Origin: Parcubacteria bacterium C7867-004
Lineage (GTDB): Bacteria > Patescibacteriota > Minisyncoccia > Phycocordibacterales > Phycocordibacteraceae
Direction of reading: 5' to 3'
DNA length: 64,000 nt
NCBI GenBank assembly: GCA_001189075.1
Contig: LFCN01000006.1
Location: 588,866-652,865, forward strand
In this document: one piece after another, positions 46,108 through 54,812 of the stretch
Layout of the letters: each line of letters opens with the position of its first letter
Numbering within the stretch: the first letter of the stretch is position 1
Made by a program: the position numbers and the translations under genes
Notes under the pieces: generated by a model
What the model saw: the letters and a program-made list of their open reading frames with translations, nothing else
What the model was told of the DNA's origin: nothing
The model's database searches: none

Positions 46108-46130
46108 AAGGCCCGCTCTGCGGGCCTTTT
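46106..46130. terminator. Bidirectional Rho-independent terminator (aaaaggcccgc-tct-gcgggcctttt)
   Basis: Perfect 11-bp stem flanked by A and T tracts, between convergent genes. Confidence 0.7.
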
Positions 46131-46148
46131 ACATACGAGTGTTCGTTG

Positions 46149-46733
46149 CTACTTCTTTTCTCCCTGAAGCTTCTTGATCTTCTCCATGAGTTCCTTGATC
46201 TTCATCTGTGCATTTTCGAGCATCGGACGATCCGTCTTCATAGTAGTAGACGCATTGACCGTAGCGGTTGTGGTTGCGTTTCCGCTCATCTTCGGCTTTT
46301 CGGTGGTAAAGCTGCGGACTTCGGTCGCAGTGATGACACCGGTGGTCTCGTCGATCTTTCCCTTGATCCAGACGCGGGAGCCGACGGTCGGAGTCGCGCT
46401 CCATGCGCCGTTGTTAGTCTTTGCTCCTTCGGTCTTCACGGTAAACGTGTGACCAAAGAGGGACACGGTGAGGGTCGAACCTGAGATCGCCGTTACTTTG
46501 GCGGCATCGAGATCGGCGCGTCCGCCCATGCCGATCATGATGCTCGGTGCACGCTTCTTCATGAGGAGGTCGAACTCCTTGCGAGCCTTCTCCTCGACTT
46601 TCGTACCGCTGCCGTCGGTGGTTAGGGTGATGGTGCCGCTCGTTGAGCCCTGCTCAGCGTAGGCGACTGATCCTGCTCCGAGCGCGACAACAGACGCGAG
46701 GAGGAGCGGGATGATTAGATATCGTGATTTCAT
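46149..46733 (-). CDS. Secreted hypothetical protein (194 aa, Thr/Gly/Lys-rich)
   Basis: Signal peptide MKSRYLIIPLLLASVVALGAGSVAYA; no known motif. Confidence 0.5.
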   Translation of the reverse strand: MKSRYLIIPLLLASVVALGAGSVAYAEQGSTSGTITLTTDGSGTKVEEKARKEFDLLMKKRAPSIMIGMGGRADLDAAKVTAISGSTLTVSLFGHTFTVKTEGAKTNNGAWSATPTVGSRVWIKGKIDETTGVITATEVRSFTTEKPKMSGNATTTATVNASTTMKTDRPMLENAQMKIKELMEKIKKLQGEKK

Positions 46734-46878
46734 ATGCGTAAATAATGAACTACTGAGTAACGGTAGTAGTATACCCCGCGCAAGATGAGGTTTTTCGGAA
46801 AGGAAACATTGGACTTAGCTCATTAAATATGCTATAGAATAGATACCATCCACCTGAAACTTTTGGAGTATTCAGACC

Positions 46879-47160
46879 TTGGACGTTCATTCTGCCAACG
46901 ACGCGCGCGGATCCTTCAGCTGGATCCTTCCCGAGGCGGCCGCAGCGAGGCTTTCCGAGCTTCCCGCAGAGCAGCGCGACTCCTTCCTGAGGGCCGTCAC
47001 GGGCCTTTTTGAATCGAGGATTTCGCTTCTCGTCATGGCGACAGGCTTCGACGAGCCGATGGCCGGCATCGACATCCTTGCCGCGAGCGATGAAGAGCTC
47101 ATCGAAGTGCTCGAAGCGATCATTGTGCCCAAAGCACCTTCCGATCGACCGCCCTCCTAG
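46879..47160 (+). CDS. Small hypothetical protein A (93 aa, TTG start), paralog of 47310-47537
   Basis: SD GGAG 10 nt upstream. LPEAAAARLSELPAEQRDSFLRAVTGLFESRISLL aligns with LSEGIARNIENLPEDRRAFVRRSINGLLEAELSLI of the next gene. The stop TAG sits inside the terminator hairpin loop. Confidence 0.45.
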   Translation: MDVHSANDARGSFSWILPEAAAARLSELPAEQRDSFLRAVTGLFESRISLLVMATGFDEPMAGIDILAASDEELIEVLEAIIVPKAPSDRPPS

Positions 47161-47179
47161 GCCGGTCGATTTTCTTTTT
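47144..47179 (+). terminator. Terminator element copy 1 (atcgaccg-ccctcctaggc-cggtcgat TTTTCTTTTT); hairpin contains the gene's stop codon
   Basis: 8-bp perfect stem; nearly identical element at 47541-47575. Confidence 0.6.
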
Positions 47180-47309
47180 AACGCTTAGGTGATGCCTAGA
47201 CAATAACCCGATATTGTTATATAAAGCAGATACTAGTTCTTACAACGTTTGGGGAATGTGCGTGCCAATAGACTTCTATGAAATCCATGGGGACGGGGGC
47301 TGCATCAGC

Positions 47310-47537
47310 ATGACCCTTTCTGAAGGAATCGCGAGGAACATTGAGAATCTTCCCGAAGACCGGCGAGCCTTCGTTAGAAGGAGCATTAACGGCCTCCTGG
47401 AAGCTGAGCTCAGCCTTATCGCGGCTTCTCTTCTGGCTAATGAGGGGCGCGACAGCACGGAATGCCTCCAGTTCATGAGCAACAATAAGGCTCATCTCGC
47501 GGTGGAAATAGCCGTGATGCTCTTTGAGCCGAAATGA
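47310..47537 (+). CDS. Small hypothetical protein B (75 aa from the ATG at 47310; the track ORF starts at a TTG at 47214), paralog of A
   Basis: Alignable to protein A over ~45 aa; followed by a homologous terminator element. Confidence 0.45.
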   Translation: MTLSEGIARNIENLPEDRRAFVRRSINGLLEAELSLIAASLLANEGRDSTECLQFMSNNKAHLAVEIAVMLFEPK

Positions 47538-47540
47538 CGC

Positions 47541-47575
47541 AATCGACTGCCCTCCCCGGCGGTCGATTTTCTTTT
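47541..47575 (+). terminator. Terminator element copy 2 (atcgactgcc-ctcccc-ggcggtcgat TTTTCTTTTAT)
   Basis: 10-bp stem with one wobble; homologous to copy 1. Confidence 0.6.
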
Positions 47576-47583
47576 ATAGAAAA

Positions 47584-47608
47584 GCCCCGCGCAGCAAGCT
47601 GCGCGGGG
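47584..47608 (-). terminator. Rho-independent terminator of the ATP-grasp-like gene (gccccgcgcag-caa-ctgcgcggggc)
   Basis: Perfect 11-bp stem; the minus strand shows TTTTCTATAAAAG after the hairpin. Confidence 0.65.
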
Positions 47609-47624
47609 CCATAGTCCTCATACC

Positions 47625-48881
47625 CTATCCGAGCAAGACCGGGATCTGGATGCAGTCGGGAGCGCCGTGGACCTTCCGGTCCGGGCGCCCCGTCACTTCT
47701 GCATCCACCACACCGTCCTTGCCGATATAGGCGGTCACTCGGAGGTAGTAGTCCTTCGTCACCCGTTTCCCATCGTCACCAAAGACAACGATGGGAATGG
47801 GCACCTGCGGAACCTGTTCCTGAAGAATCCAGGAAGAGCCGTCGGATTTCGCCGACTGCGCCAACTGCTGTTCGAACTCCTTCGGATCGAGATCCGAGAA
47901 CAGCACCCGCTTCAGTCCCGAGGAGACGCACGCCTTGATGATGCGGGGCTTTCCCGCATCAGTCCGGTCGCGCCATCCCCAGTGCTTCTTGCCGACCAGC
48001 GTCGTCGCCGGGATGAATTCCTCCATCCCAGAGAACGCGCGCAGTTCAGGCAAAAACGCCTTCGAGCCCAGGTATGCGAGCGGCGGAAAGAAGGTCGCGA
48101 GACTCCCTTCCAGGTACCGCTTGATGAGCCGATCACGCACCGACGGATAGGTGTCGAGCGTGTCCGGGATCACGAGCACGCCGACGTCCGGGTCCGAGAA
48201 CAACGGGTGCTCGGTGTCGTTCGCGAGATCCGCTTCACTCACGGGAATCACGCGCATGCCGTACGCGCGAAGCGCATCGGCAAACACGTACGCCGAGGGT
48301 CCGTAATAGCGCTCGAACTCCGAGTAGAGCAGGTACCACCTCCGGATTTGAGGGTTGGTGTTCCGGATCTGAGCTTCGATACCGGCGAGGCCCGGGAACC
48401 GCGGCTTCCGGAAATCCTCCGGCAGCGAGAGCTCGAGCAGCGCCGCGTAGCCGAAGCCGCGCGGGTTGTAGCAGTCCACTTCCGCGATCTGGAAGGTGCC
48501 CTGCGGGTTCTGAACCAGATCCACCTTGATCACGGGCGGAATGGCCGGGACACCGTCTTCGGGAGCGAGCAGACCACGCTTGGCCAGCCGCGCGCACTTG
48601 AGCAACTTCGCTTCCGCGTGCGTGAGGTGCCGACCGGGAGCGGTGTACGAGCAGAGCCTGCCGCTCAGTTCCTCCACGGCCGCATAAGTCGTGGTCGCGA
48701 GGCGGTTCAGGTACTCCTGCTGTCCCGGCGAGAGCACGTAGGCTGCCGGCGAGAGCTGGTATCCGTGACGGATACGGCGCTCGGGGGTCCCCCAGAGGCC
48801 GCACTGAACGAGATAGGACTCGATAGCGTCGCGGTCGAAGCCCATATCGATAGTCGACGCGGGCGGGCTGTAGTCGTTCAT
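47625..48881 (-). CDS. Hypothetical enzyme with ATP-grasp-like motifs in apparently permuted order (candidate circularly permuted ATP-grasp amidoligase)
   Basis: 418 aa. GTFQIAEVDCYNPRGFGY resembles the ATP-grasp C-domain metal-binding strand (dG..y..EvN..PG) but lies near residue 135. A Lys-containing YLGSKAFLPEL and a Q-E hinge-like WILQEQVPQ lie C-terminal to it. Local GC ~62%. Fold call is inferred, not proven. Confidence 0.4.
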   Translation of the reverse strand: MNDYSPPASTIDMGFDRDAIESYLVQCGLWGTPERRIRHGYQLSPAAYVLSPGQQEYLNRLATTTYAAVEELSGRLCSYTAPGRHLTHAEAKLLKCARLAKRGLLAPEDGVPAIPPVIKVDLVQNPQGTFQIAEVDCYNPRGFGYAALLELSLPEDFRKPRFPGLAGIEAQIRNTNPQIRRWYLLYSEFERYYGPSAYVFADALRAYGMRVIPVSEADLANDTEHPLFSDPDVGVLVIPDTLDTYPSVRDRLIKRYLEGSLATFFPPLAYLGSKAFLPELRAFSGMEEFIPATTLVGKKHWGWRDRTDAGKPRIIKACVSSGLKRVLFSDLDPKEFEQQLAQSAKSDGSSWILQEQVPQVPIPIVVFGDDGKRVTKDYYLRVTAYIGKDGVVDAEVTGRPDRKVHGAPDCIQIPVLLG

Positions 48882-48979
48882 GACTTCCTCCGATGAACAT
48901 ATAACGATTGAGAAGATCAGTGACGCCCCGAACGGGCGTCCTGTTGGCGGTTTCTAGACTCCGCCAACAGGACGACAAC

Positions 48980-49402
48980 TTAGGGAATGATCTCGATCAG
49001 CTCCTGCATATGCTTGATCGTTGCCCAGGGGACATCGGTCCCATATGTGGGCGCATGTCCCGCAAAGAGCCCGCGCTTAAGCCATATGGTCTTAGCTCCT
49101 GCCTTATTCCCCGCTCGTATCTCGCTCTGGAGATAATCCCCGACGACGTATACCGTGCCCGAACTTCCTGAAACCAGCTCCTGAATAACCGGACCCTTAT
49201 CCCCCACGAACGCTACCGAAGCGAAGAAATCGCGTACCCCGAGCGTATCGAGCACATCATCACGCCCTCCCTCACGCCTCGAGACGAGATGGAGTGTCAT
49301 CCCGCGCTCCGCAAAATGCGTAAGCGCTTCAAGGGCGCCCGGCACAGCCGTGTCGGTCTCAGGGTCGTATATTGTTCTGTTGAAGTCGAAGATAATGGTC
49401 AT
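48980..49402 (-). CDS. HAD-superfamily hydrolase (small, ~140 aa)
   Basis: Motif I IIFDFNRTIY, motif II LVSR, motif IV VGDYLQSEIRAGNKAG. The track ORF extends to 49486; the likely start is MTIIFDF. Confidence 0.6.
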   Translation of the reverse strand: MTIIFDFNRTIYDPETDTAVPGALEALTHFAERGMTLHLVSRREGGRDDVLDTLGVRDFFASVAFVGDKGPVIQELVSGSSGTVYVVGDYLQSEIRAGNKAGAKTIWLKRGLFAGHAPTYGTDVPWATIKHMQELIEIIP

Positions 49403-49672
49403 ATGAATAGTGTTTAGAAGAGAAAAACCCGCCATCGAGGATGGCGGGTTTTTCCGTGCATTGATGCTGGTGAGTATCCTATGCAACGACGAAATCCGCC
49501 CCTCGGAAGAGGTGCCATACCTTGCCCATACGGCGGAAGGAATTGCTTGCGGTTGTCATGTGTACGGATAGTAGCATGGTATTTCTCATCTGCAAATTCA
49601 GTATGAATAACTCAGCGGTCGATTTCTTTTGGAGTTTGACGTATCGGTCCCCGGCGGTACCATCCAGGGGAA

Positions 49673-50182
49673 TTGTCAGGAGATTCTCTCCCCTTTCATT
49701 CCGTGAGGTACGCGATGCCGCATACGCTCGATACCGCTCAAGCCGCACTCAGCCTGCTCCGCTATGCTCAAGCGAGAACGACATTTGCAGCGGCGATGCT
49801 CAACATCGGAGAGTGCGCTGCAGCTCGTTCAGATATTGAAGCGCTTCTAAGCCTCCTTGAATCGTTCCTCGAGCTAGACCGGCCGTTCGATCGTCCGCTC
49901 TACCTGAAGCTGCTTCAGGACCTCGGCAAGCCGATTGTGTTGATGGAGGTGATCGAGGCGGAACAGTCGCACGTGCTGTGGATGAGCCAGCTCGAACATG
50001 AGCTACGCCGCTCGGCCGCATTTGCCGCCTGCCTCCTCGGCGCGATCGAGGTGACTAACGGCGACATGGAAGCTGCTGTTGGCGCGTTCGAAAAGGCCCT
50101 CAAGTTCAAGCCCGGCTACCACGACGCCAAGGTGGGCCTGGCCCACACCCAAGCTCGCCTCAAAGCCGCCGGCCGTCCCTAG
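49673..50182 (+). CDS. Hypothetical protein with C-terminal TPR-like helices (169 aa)
   Basis: GDMEAAVGAFEKALKFKPGYHDAKVGLAHTQARL is TPR-like. The stop TAG sits in the loop of a terminator hairpin related to copies 1 and 2. Confidence 0.4.
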   Translation: MSGDSLPFHSVRYAMPHTLDTAQAALSLLRYAQARTTFAAAMLNIGECAAARSDIEALLSLLESFLELDRPFDRPLYLKLLQDLGKPIVLMEVIEAEQSHVLWMSQLEHELRRSAAFAACLLGAIEVTNGDMEAAVGAFEKALKFKPGYHDAKVGLAHTQARLKAAGRP

Positions 50183-50417
50183 GGGCGGCCGCTTTTCTTT
50201 TACCGGTTCTGCGCAGCTGCGAGACTAAACTGGAAGCAGCCGAAGACTGGGGAGCCGATGAGCGGTATGACCGACCGTGTCCTCGAGTGGCGGCTCTCCG
50301 CGAGAGGAGGCGACCTTTAGTCTTCGTGTCGCCCTGGAATGCCGTAGCTGTCTCGCGGATCGCAGAATCGAGCGGAAGTGCCGGTATCAAGAAAGCGCCC
50401 CTGAGGGCGCCTTTCTT

Positions 50418-51725
50418 TTAGTATGACTTGAGCCTCCGACTCTTCTCATGCGTCCTAATCTTCTCGAGCGCCTTAGCCTCGATCTGCCTGATGCGCTCAC
50501 GCGTCACCCCAAACTCCTTCCCCACTTCCTCAAGCGTGTGATACACGCCATCGAGGAGACCATGACGCATCTCGAGAATCTTGCGCTCCTTCGGGGAGAG
50601 GTCTTCGAGAATGTCGCGGACCTGCTCGCCGAGGATGCGCTCGGAAGATTCCTGGACCGGGGACGGGATCTTGTCGTCAGCGATGAAGTCGCCCAGCGTC
50701 GAGTTCTGGTCATCATCGGAACCGATCGGGTTCTCGAGCGAGAGGGTGTCCTGATTGATCTTCTCGATCTGGTAGATCTTGTCTACTTCGACACCCATCT
50801 CAACCGCAATCTCTTCCGGCTGCGGATCGCGGCCAAGCACCTGTGCAAGCCTGCGGGAGACCTGCTTGTACTTGGCGATAGTCTCCACCATGTGCACCGG
50901 AATGCGGATGGTGCGGGACTGGTCGGCGAGCGCGCGGGTTATGGCCTGGCGGATCCACCACGTCGCATACGTCGAGAACTTGTAGCCCTTCTTCCAGTCG
51001 AACTTGTCGACGGCCTTGAAGAGGCCGAGGTTCCCTTCCTGGATGAGGTCGAGGAGGGTGAGGTCGGGAGAGCGTCCGACGTACTTCTTCGCGATGGATA
51101 CCACGAGGCGGAGGTTCGAGCGAGCAAGGATGTTGCGGGCCTCGTCGTCGCCGGCGTCGATCCTTTGAGCCAGCTCGCGCTCTTCGGACGCGGTCAAAAG
51201 CGGGTACTGTCCGATCTCACGGAGATAGATCTGGATGGAGTCGTAGGTAGAAGAATCACGCCCCTTGATGTTGCGAGTCGCCAGGTACTGGTCCGTAGTG
51301 TCCTCGAGCATGCCGCCTTCGAGGATGTCGATGCCGCTCGTGGTGAAGCGCTCATAGAGCTCGTCGAGGAAGTTCACGTCGTCTTCGACATGCGGGAACT
51401 CCTTGAGGATCTCGCTGTAGGTGATGTAGCCACGCTCCTTTCCCTTCTTGATGAGCATCTCTGCCTTATCAAGCTTCTGGGCAGCAGCCTTTGCCTTCGC
51501 TCCCGTCGCAGCCGCACGGACGACTGCCTTCAGCTTCTCCTTCTTTGCAGGAGATTTCTTTGCGGCGACTTTCTTCGCTACCTTCTTTACGGCTTTCTTC
51601 ACCGCTTTCTTAGCAACCTTTTTTACCGGCTTTTTAGCCGCTGGCTTCTTAGCCACGGTCTTCTTCTTCGCTACTGCTTTCTTAGCCGGTTTCGCAACCT
51701 TTTTCACGGGCTTCTTTGTGGGCAT
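50418..51725 (-). CDS. rpoD: Primary (group 1) sigma-70 factor with Lys/Ala-rich histone-H1-like N-terminal extension
   Basis: N-terminal ~90 aa of AKKAVKK/PAKK repeats. Region 2 [41 protein letters not shown]. Regions 3 and 4 conserved (ILEMRHGL...TLEEVG). Lies directly downstream of dnaG. Confidence 0.9.
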   Translation of the reverse strand: MPTKKPVKKVAKPAKKAVAKKKTVAKKPAAKKPVKKVAKKAVKKAVKKVAKKVAAKKSPAKKEKLKAVVRAAATGAKAKAAAQKLDKAEMLIKKGKERGYITYSEILKEFPHVEDDVNFLDELYERFTTSGIDILEGGMLEDTTDQYLATRNIKGRDSSTYDSIQIYLREIGQYPLLTASEERELAQRIDAGDDEARNILARSNLRLVVSIAKKYVGRSPDLTLLDLIQEGNLGLFKAVDKFDWKKGYKFSTYATWWIRQAITRALADQSRTIRIPVHMVETIAKYKQVSRRLAQVLGRDPQPEEIAVEMGVEVDKIYQIEKINQDTLSLENPIGSDDDQNSTLGDFIADDKIPSPVQESSERILGEQVRDILEDLSPKERKILEMRHGLLDGVYHTLEEVGKEFGVTRERIRQIEAKALEKIRTHEKSRRLKSY

Positions 51726-51756
51726 AGGCTATGCAATCAAATGAGTAATGAGAATG

Positions 51757-53463
51757 CTATGAAAATGATGAGAGACGCTTGGCGAGTTCTCGCACGCTAT
51801 CCAACGCTTCGGATATGGCTTCCGGATTCCGGGAAGTCTCTGCACGGCTCAATCGAGCGGTCGCTTCAGCGTACCGCTCGTTAAGAACTTCTTTCTCCAA
51901 TGCCTCTATGAGTTCGTCCGCTGCCGATTCTTCCGGGGCCTCGCCATAAGCGATACCTTCCTCGAATATAGATTGTTCGGGAGGAGGCGTTTCCGGAAAC
52001 GGTGCGCCGATAAGCCTAGTATGCTCACTTTCGAGCCTTTTTGCAAGAGCGGTATCGGGGTATGCGGCCCATATCGCGTGGAGCTTCCGAGTCCTGCGAA
52101 GGCTTCCCTTTTCCGCTACTTTCGCAGGCTGTGCGGGTGTCGCCATCGCCTGGAGGGGTCCGCCGACCTGGGGACGATCTTCTTTCGGCAGACGATTAAG
52201 CGCTTCGCGAATAGCCTCAGGGGTGGAGTTCAAGGAACGGGCGGCAACACCCACGAAGTGCTCCCGTTCCATCGGGCTCTGGATGGCGGCGATAAGGGGA
52301 AGAACCGTCTTCTCCGCGGCAACAATGAGGCGGTGCGCATCCGGCTCGCTTTCGGCGAGTACGGAGAGGAAGAACTCCACGATGGGCTCGCTCTCGGCTA
52401 TACGCTTCGTCATGTCCTTTGGATCCTCTTTCGCAATGTCGGCCGGGTCCTTTCCTTTCGGGAGACGGACGGCTTTGACGCGCATGCCGGCCCTGAGCGC
52501 CGCGATAGCGTTCTTCATCGACGCCGCAAGACCTGCTCGATCAGAGTCGAGCGCGAGCATGAGGTTGTCGGCGTACCGCTTGATGAGCGAAAGATGCTGT
52601 GGCGTGAGCGCGGTACCCGAAAGCGCGACAGTATTTGTGAATCCGATCTGGTGCAGAAGGAGCAGATCCATCTGACCTTCTACCAGGAGCGCGAAGCCGC
52701 GGGTACGTATCGCGTCCTTCGCCTTATCCATACCGAAGAGGATCTCTGACTTCTTGTAGAGCTCGGTCTCGGGCGAGTTGAGGTACTTGGCTTGATCATT
52801 CGGGTCAAGTGCGCGGCCCGTGAACGCTACCGTGCGGCCTGCGGAATCACGTATCGGGAACATGAGGCGATTGCGGAAGCGGTCATACCACGTTCCCTTC
52901 TTCTCGTCGGCTTCCTTGATGAGGCCCGCGGACACAAGGTCATTGTTCGTGTATCCATGCGTAGCCAGAGCTTCGAGGACACCGCGCCATCCTTCCTGCG
53001 CAAAGCCTAAGTTCCAATGCTTGATAGATTCAGGCGTGAGTCCGCGCGAGAGCGCATAGGCATACGCGCTTCCGGGAACTTCGCGACCGGTCTCAAGCTG
53101 CTCCGCAAACAGCGCTTCCGCCCGCGCCACCATCTCATAGAGCTTATCCTTCTTTCCCTTGTCTTCTTTCGAAGCTCCTCCGGTGTAGACGATCTCCACG
53201 CCCGCCTTCTCGGCAAGGATCTTCATAGCGCCCTTGAAATCGACGCCCTCCATCTTCTCAACAAAGGTGAACATATCGCCGCCCGTGCTCGAGGAGAAGC
53301 AATAGAAGGAATTGCGCTCGACGTTCACGAAGAAGGACGGACTCTTCTCCTTATTGAACGGCGAAAGGCCCTTCCAGTACTTCCCGGACTTGGTGAGCTT
53401 CACGTACGGCGATATGACGTCGACAATGGAAAGCTTCCCCTTTATCTGCTCGACGGTATCCAT
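51757..53463 (-). CDS. dnaG: DNA primase with TOPRIM domain and degenerate N-terminal zinc ribbon
   Basis: GLSPFNKEKSPSFFVN...FYCFSSSTGGD aligns to CPFHNEKTPSF...HCFGCGAHG, with 3 of 4 Zn ligands substituted (C->S, H->N, C->S). TOPRIM LVEGQMDLLLLHQ...LALDSDRAG. Confidence 0.9.
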   Translation of the reverse strand: MDTVEQIKGKLSIVDVISPYVKLTKSGKYWKGLSPFNKEKSPSFFVNVERNSFYCFSSSTGGDMFTFVEKMEGVDFKGAMKILAEKAGVEIVYTGGASKEDKGKKDKLYEMVARAEALFAEQLETGREVPGSAYAYALSRGLTPESIKHWNLGFAQEGWRGVLEALATHGYTNNDLVSAGLIKEADEKKGTWYDRFRNRLMFPIRDSAGRTVAFTGRALDPNDQAKYLNSPETELYKKSEILFGMDKAKDAIRTRGFALLVEGQMDLLLLHQIGFTNTVALSGTALTPQHLSLIKRYADNLMLALDSDRAGLAASMKNAIAALRAGMRVKAVRLPKGKDPADIAKEDPKDMTKRIAESEPIVEFFLSVLAESEPDAHRLIVAAEKTVLPLIAAIQSPMEREHFVGVAARSLNSTPEAIREALNRLPKEDRPQVGGPLQAMATPAQPAKVAEKGSLRRTRKLHAIWAAYPDTALAKRLESEHTRLIGAPFPETPPPEQSIFEEGIAYGEAPEESAADELIEALEKEVLNERYAEATARLSRAETSRNPEAISEALDSVRELAKRLSSFS

Positions 53464-53516
53464 GACTTCCCTTCAGTTTACCGCTTATTAGGAGGTTGCG
53501 CTGTGTTGCAGACATT

Positions 53517-53544
53517 TTGACAAAGTAGATTAAATACGTAATAT
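53517..53544 (+). promoter_or_regulatory. sigma70-type promoter TTGACA-16-TAATAT for the 53599 gene
   Basis: Consensus -35 and good -10, ~50 nt upstream of the ATG. Confidence 0.45.
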
Positions 53545-53598
53545 GTTATTGAACGTTCCGCTGCTAACTGCAGCATTTCAAATCGAAAGGTTCTTCCA

Positions 53599-54069
53599 AT
53601 GGCTGGAACGCCTCAAGACTATCCGTACCGCATCTGCGGACTTAGCGTGATCCTCGTCGGCTTCACGGGAATGCATGAGGACGGCGACGTGACGATCCAC
53701 AGGATCAATCGTCTCCACAGCCTCATCGCCCGGGATGTAGCACTCAGGAACGGCTGGCTGCGTGGTGAGGAGGTGGAATTCCTTCGGCACTATCTCGGCC
53801 TGACGTATACCGAGTTCTATCAGCTCCTATCCAGGGGCTCGGTCGACAATCCCGAAATCTTCGACAAGAGCCACGGACGCAGCGAACTCCTGGAGACCAG
53901 CGAGGTCCTTCTTCGCCGGCGTGTCCTCATGCAGGTGCAGTTGGACTCCATTCCTACGAAGGAAGAGACCTTTGCAATGATCAGGGGTTTTCGGGGGAAT
54001 CCACCGACGCTTCAGATCGACGCCTCGCACCCTGAGAACTACCGCGTCATCGAGGCCGTTGCCGCATGA
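53599..54069 (+). CDS. Hypothetical protein with possible HTH (156 aa)
   Basis: EEVEFLRHYLGLTYTEFYQLL is XRE-type HTH-like. Local GC ~62%. Confidence 0.4.
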   Translation: MAGTPQDYPYRICGLSVILVGFTGMHEDGDVTIHRINRLHSLIARDVALRNGWLRGEEVEFLRHYLGLTYTEFYQLLSRGSVDNPEIFDKSHGRSELLETSEVLLRRRVLMQVQLDSIPTKEETFAMIRGFRGNPPTLQIDASHPENYRVIEAVAA

Positions 54070-54290
54070 CCAAGATTGAGCTGTACTGGGGACTTCGGCG
54101 ACTGAGCGACTGGTTCCTGATCGACGGCGCCGTATACATCGGCATCTCTGTCGCCTGTTCGCTTCTTGTCGTGCCGCCGGAAATCACCTGGGCCTTCGGC
54201 TCCGGGGGGCGGGCATGCGTGTTCCTCGCACTCTACGTCCGGTTCGCCACATACCTGATGCGCCGTCTGTTTGGGAATCCCCCCAACTGA
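54066..54290 (+). CDS. Hypothetical small membrane protein (74 aa)
   Basis: Overlaps the previous stop by 4 nt (ATGA). Two hydrophobic helices. Terminator at ~54293-54325. Confidence 0.35.
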   Translation: MTKIELYWGLRRLSDWFLIDGAVYIGISVACSLLVVPPEITWAFGSGGRACVFLALYVRFATYLMRRLFGNPPN

Positions 54291-54402
54291 ACCACCGACT
54301 CACCTCGGTGGTTTTTCTTTTTTGCGGCATTCATTGACCTGTGTGGCGTTCGATAGTATCAATCTATTGAAGGTAAAAGTTCATCTTGTGCGAGGATTGT
54401 GC

Positions 54403-54699
54403 ATGTTGGTACAAGTTCTGGGTTATCTGCTTGCGGCCGGCGATGTCGCACTCGCCCTCTTTGTCTACTGGAGGCTCTGCGTGTACGCCACGAAATCTGA
54501 TGGGATGGAAATGGGTGAGGCAATCGTCCTCGGTCTGGTGCATGTCGCTTTCGTGCTCGTCATCGGCAGTTTCGCCGTCTATGGCCTGCAGCGGAAGCAC
54601 ATCGACTTCATCGAGATCTTCACCGGCGTCGCAGGTGTGGCATATGCCGCCCTCTCGATTATCATCATCGTGAGAAGCTACCGAGATCCCTGCGCCTAA
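54403..54699 (+). CDS. Hypothetical small membrane protein (98 aa from the ATG at 54403)
   Basis: Three hydrophobic helices; terminator at 54726-54757. Confidence 0.4.
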   Translation: MLVQVLGYLLAAGDVALALFVYWRLCVYATKSDGMEMGEAIVLGLVHVAFVLVIGSFAVYGLQRKHIDFIEIFTGVAGVAYAALSIIIIVRSYRDPCA

Positions 54700-54725
54700 C
54701 GGCACACACGCTGTCTATCCACTCG

Positions 54726-54757
54726 CCGCTTCGGTTCCCCCGGAGCGGTTTTTCTTT
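54726..54757 (+). terminator. Rho-independent terminator (ccgcttcgg-ttccc-ccggagcgg TTTTTCTTTATA)
   Basis: 9-bp stem with one wobble plus a T-tract. Confidence 0.55.
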
Positions 54758-54763
54758 ATACGA

Positions 54764-54793
54764 ACACAGCCCGCTCTTTCGAGCGGGCTGTGT
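54764..54793. terminator. Perfect 13-bp hairpin (acacagcccgctc-tttc-gagcgggctgtgt) 20 nt downstream of the rpoC stop
   Basis: Likely rpoC transcription terminator; the U-tract is weak on the minus strand. Confidence 0.45.
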
Positions 54794-54812
54794 GTATTTT
54801 CAGAACGGAGCG

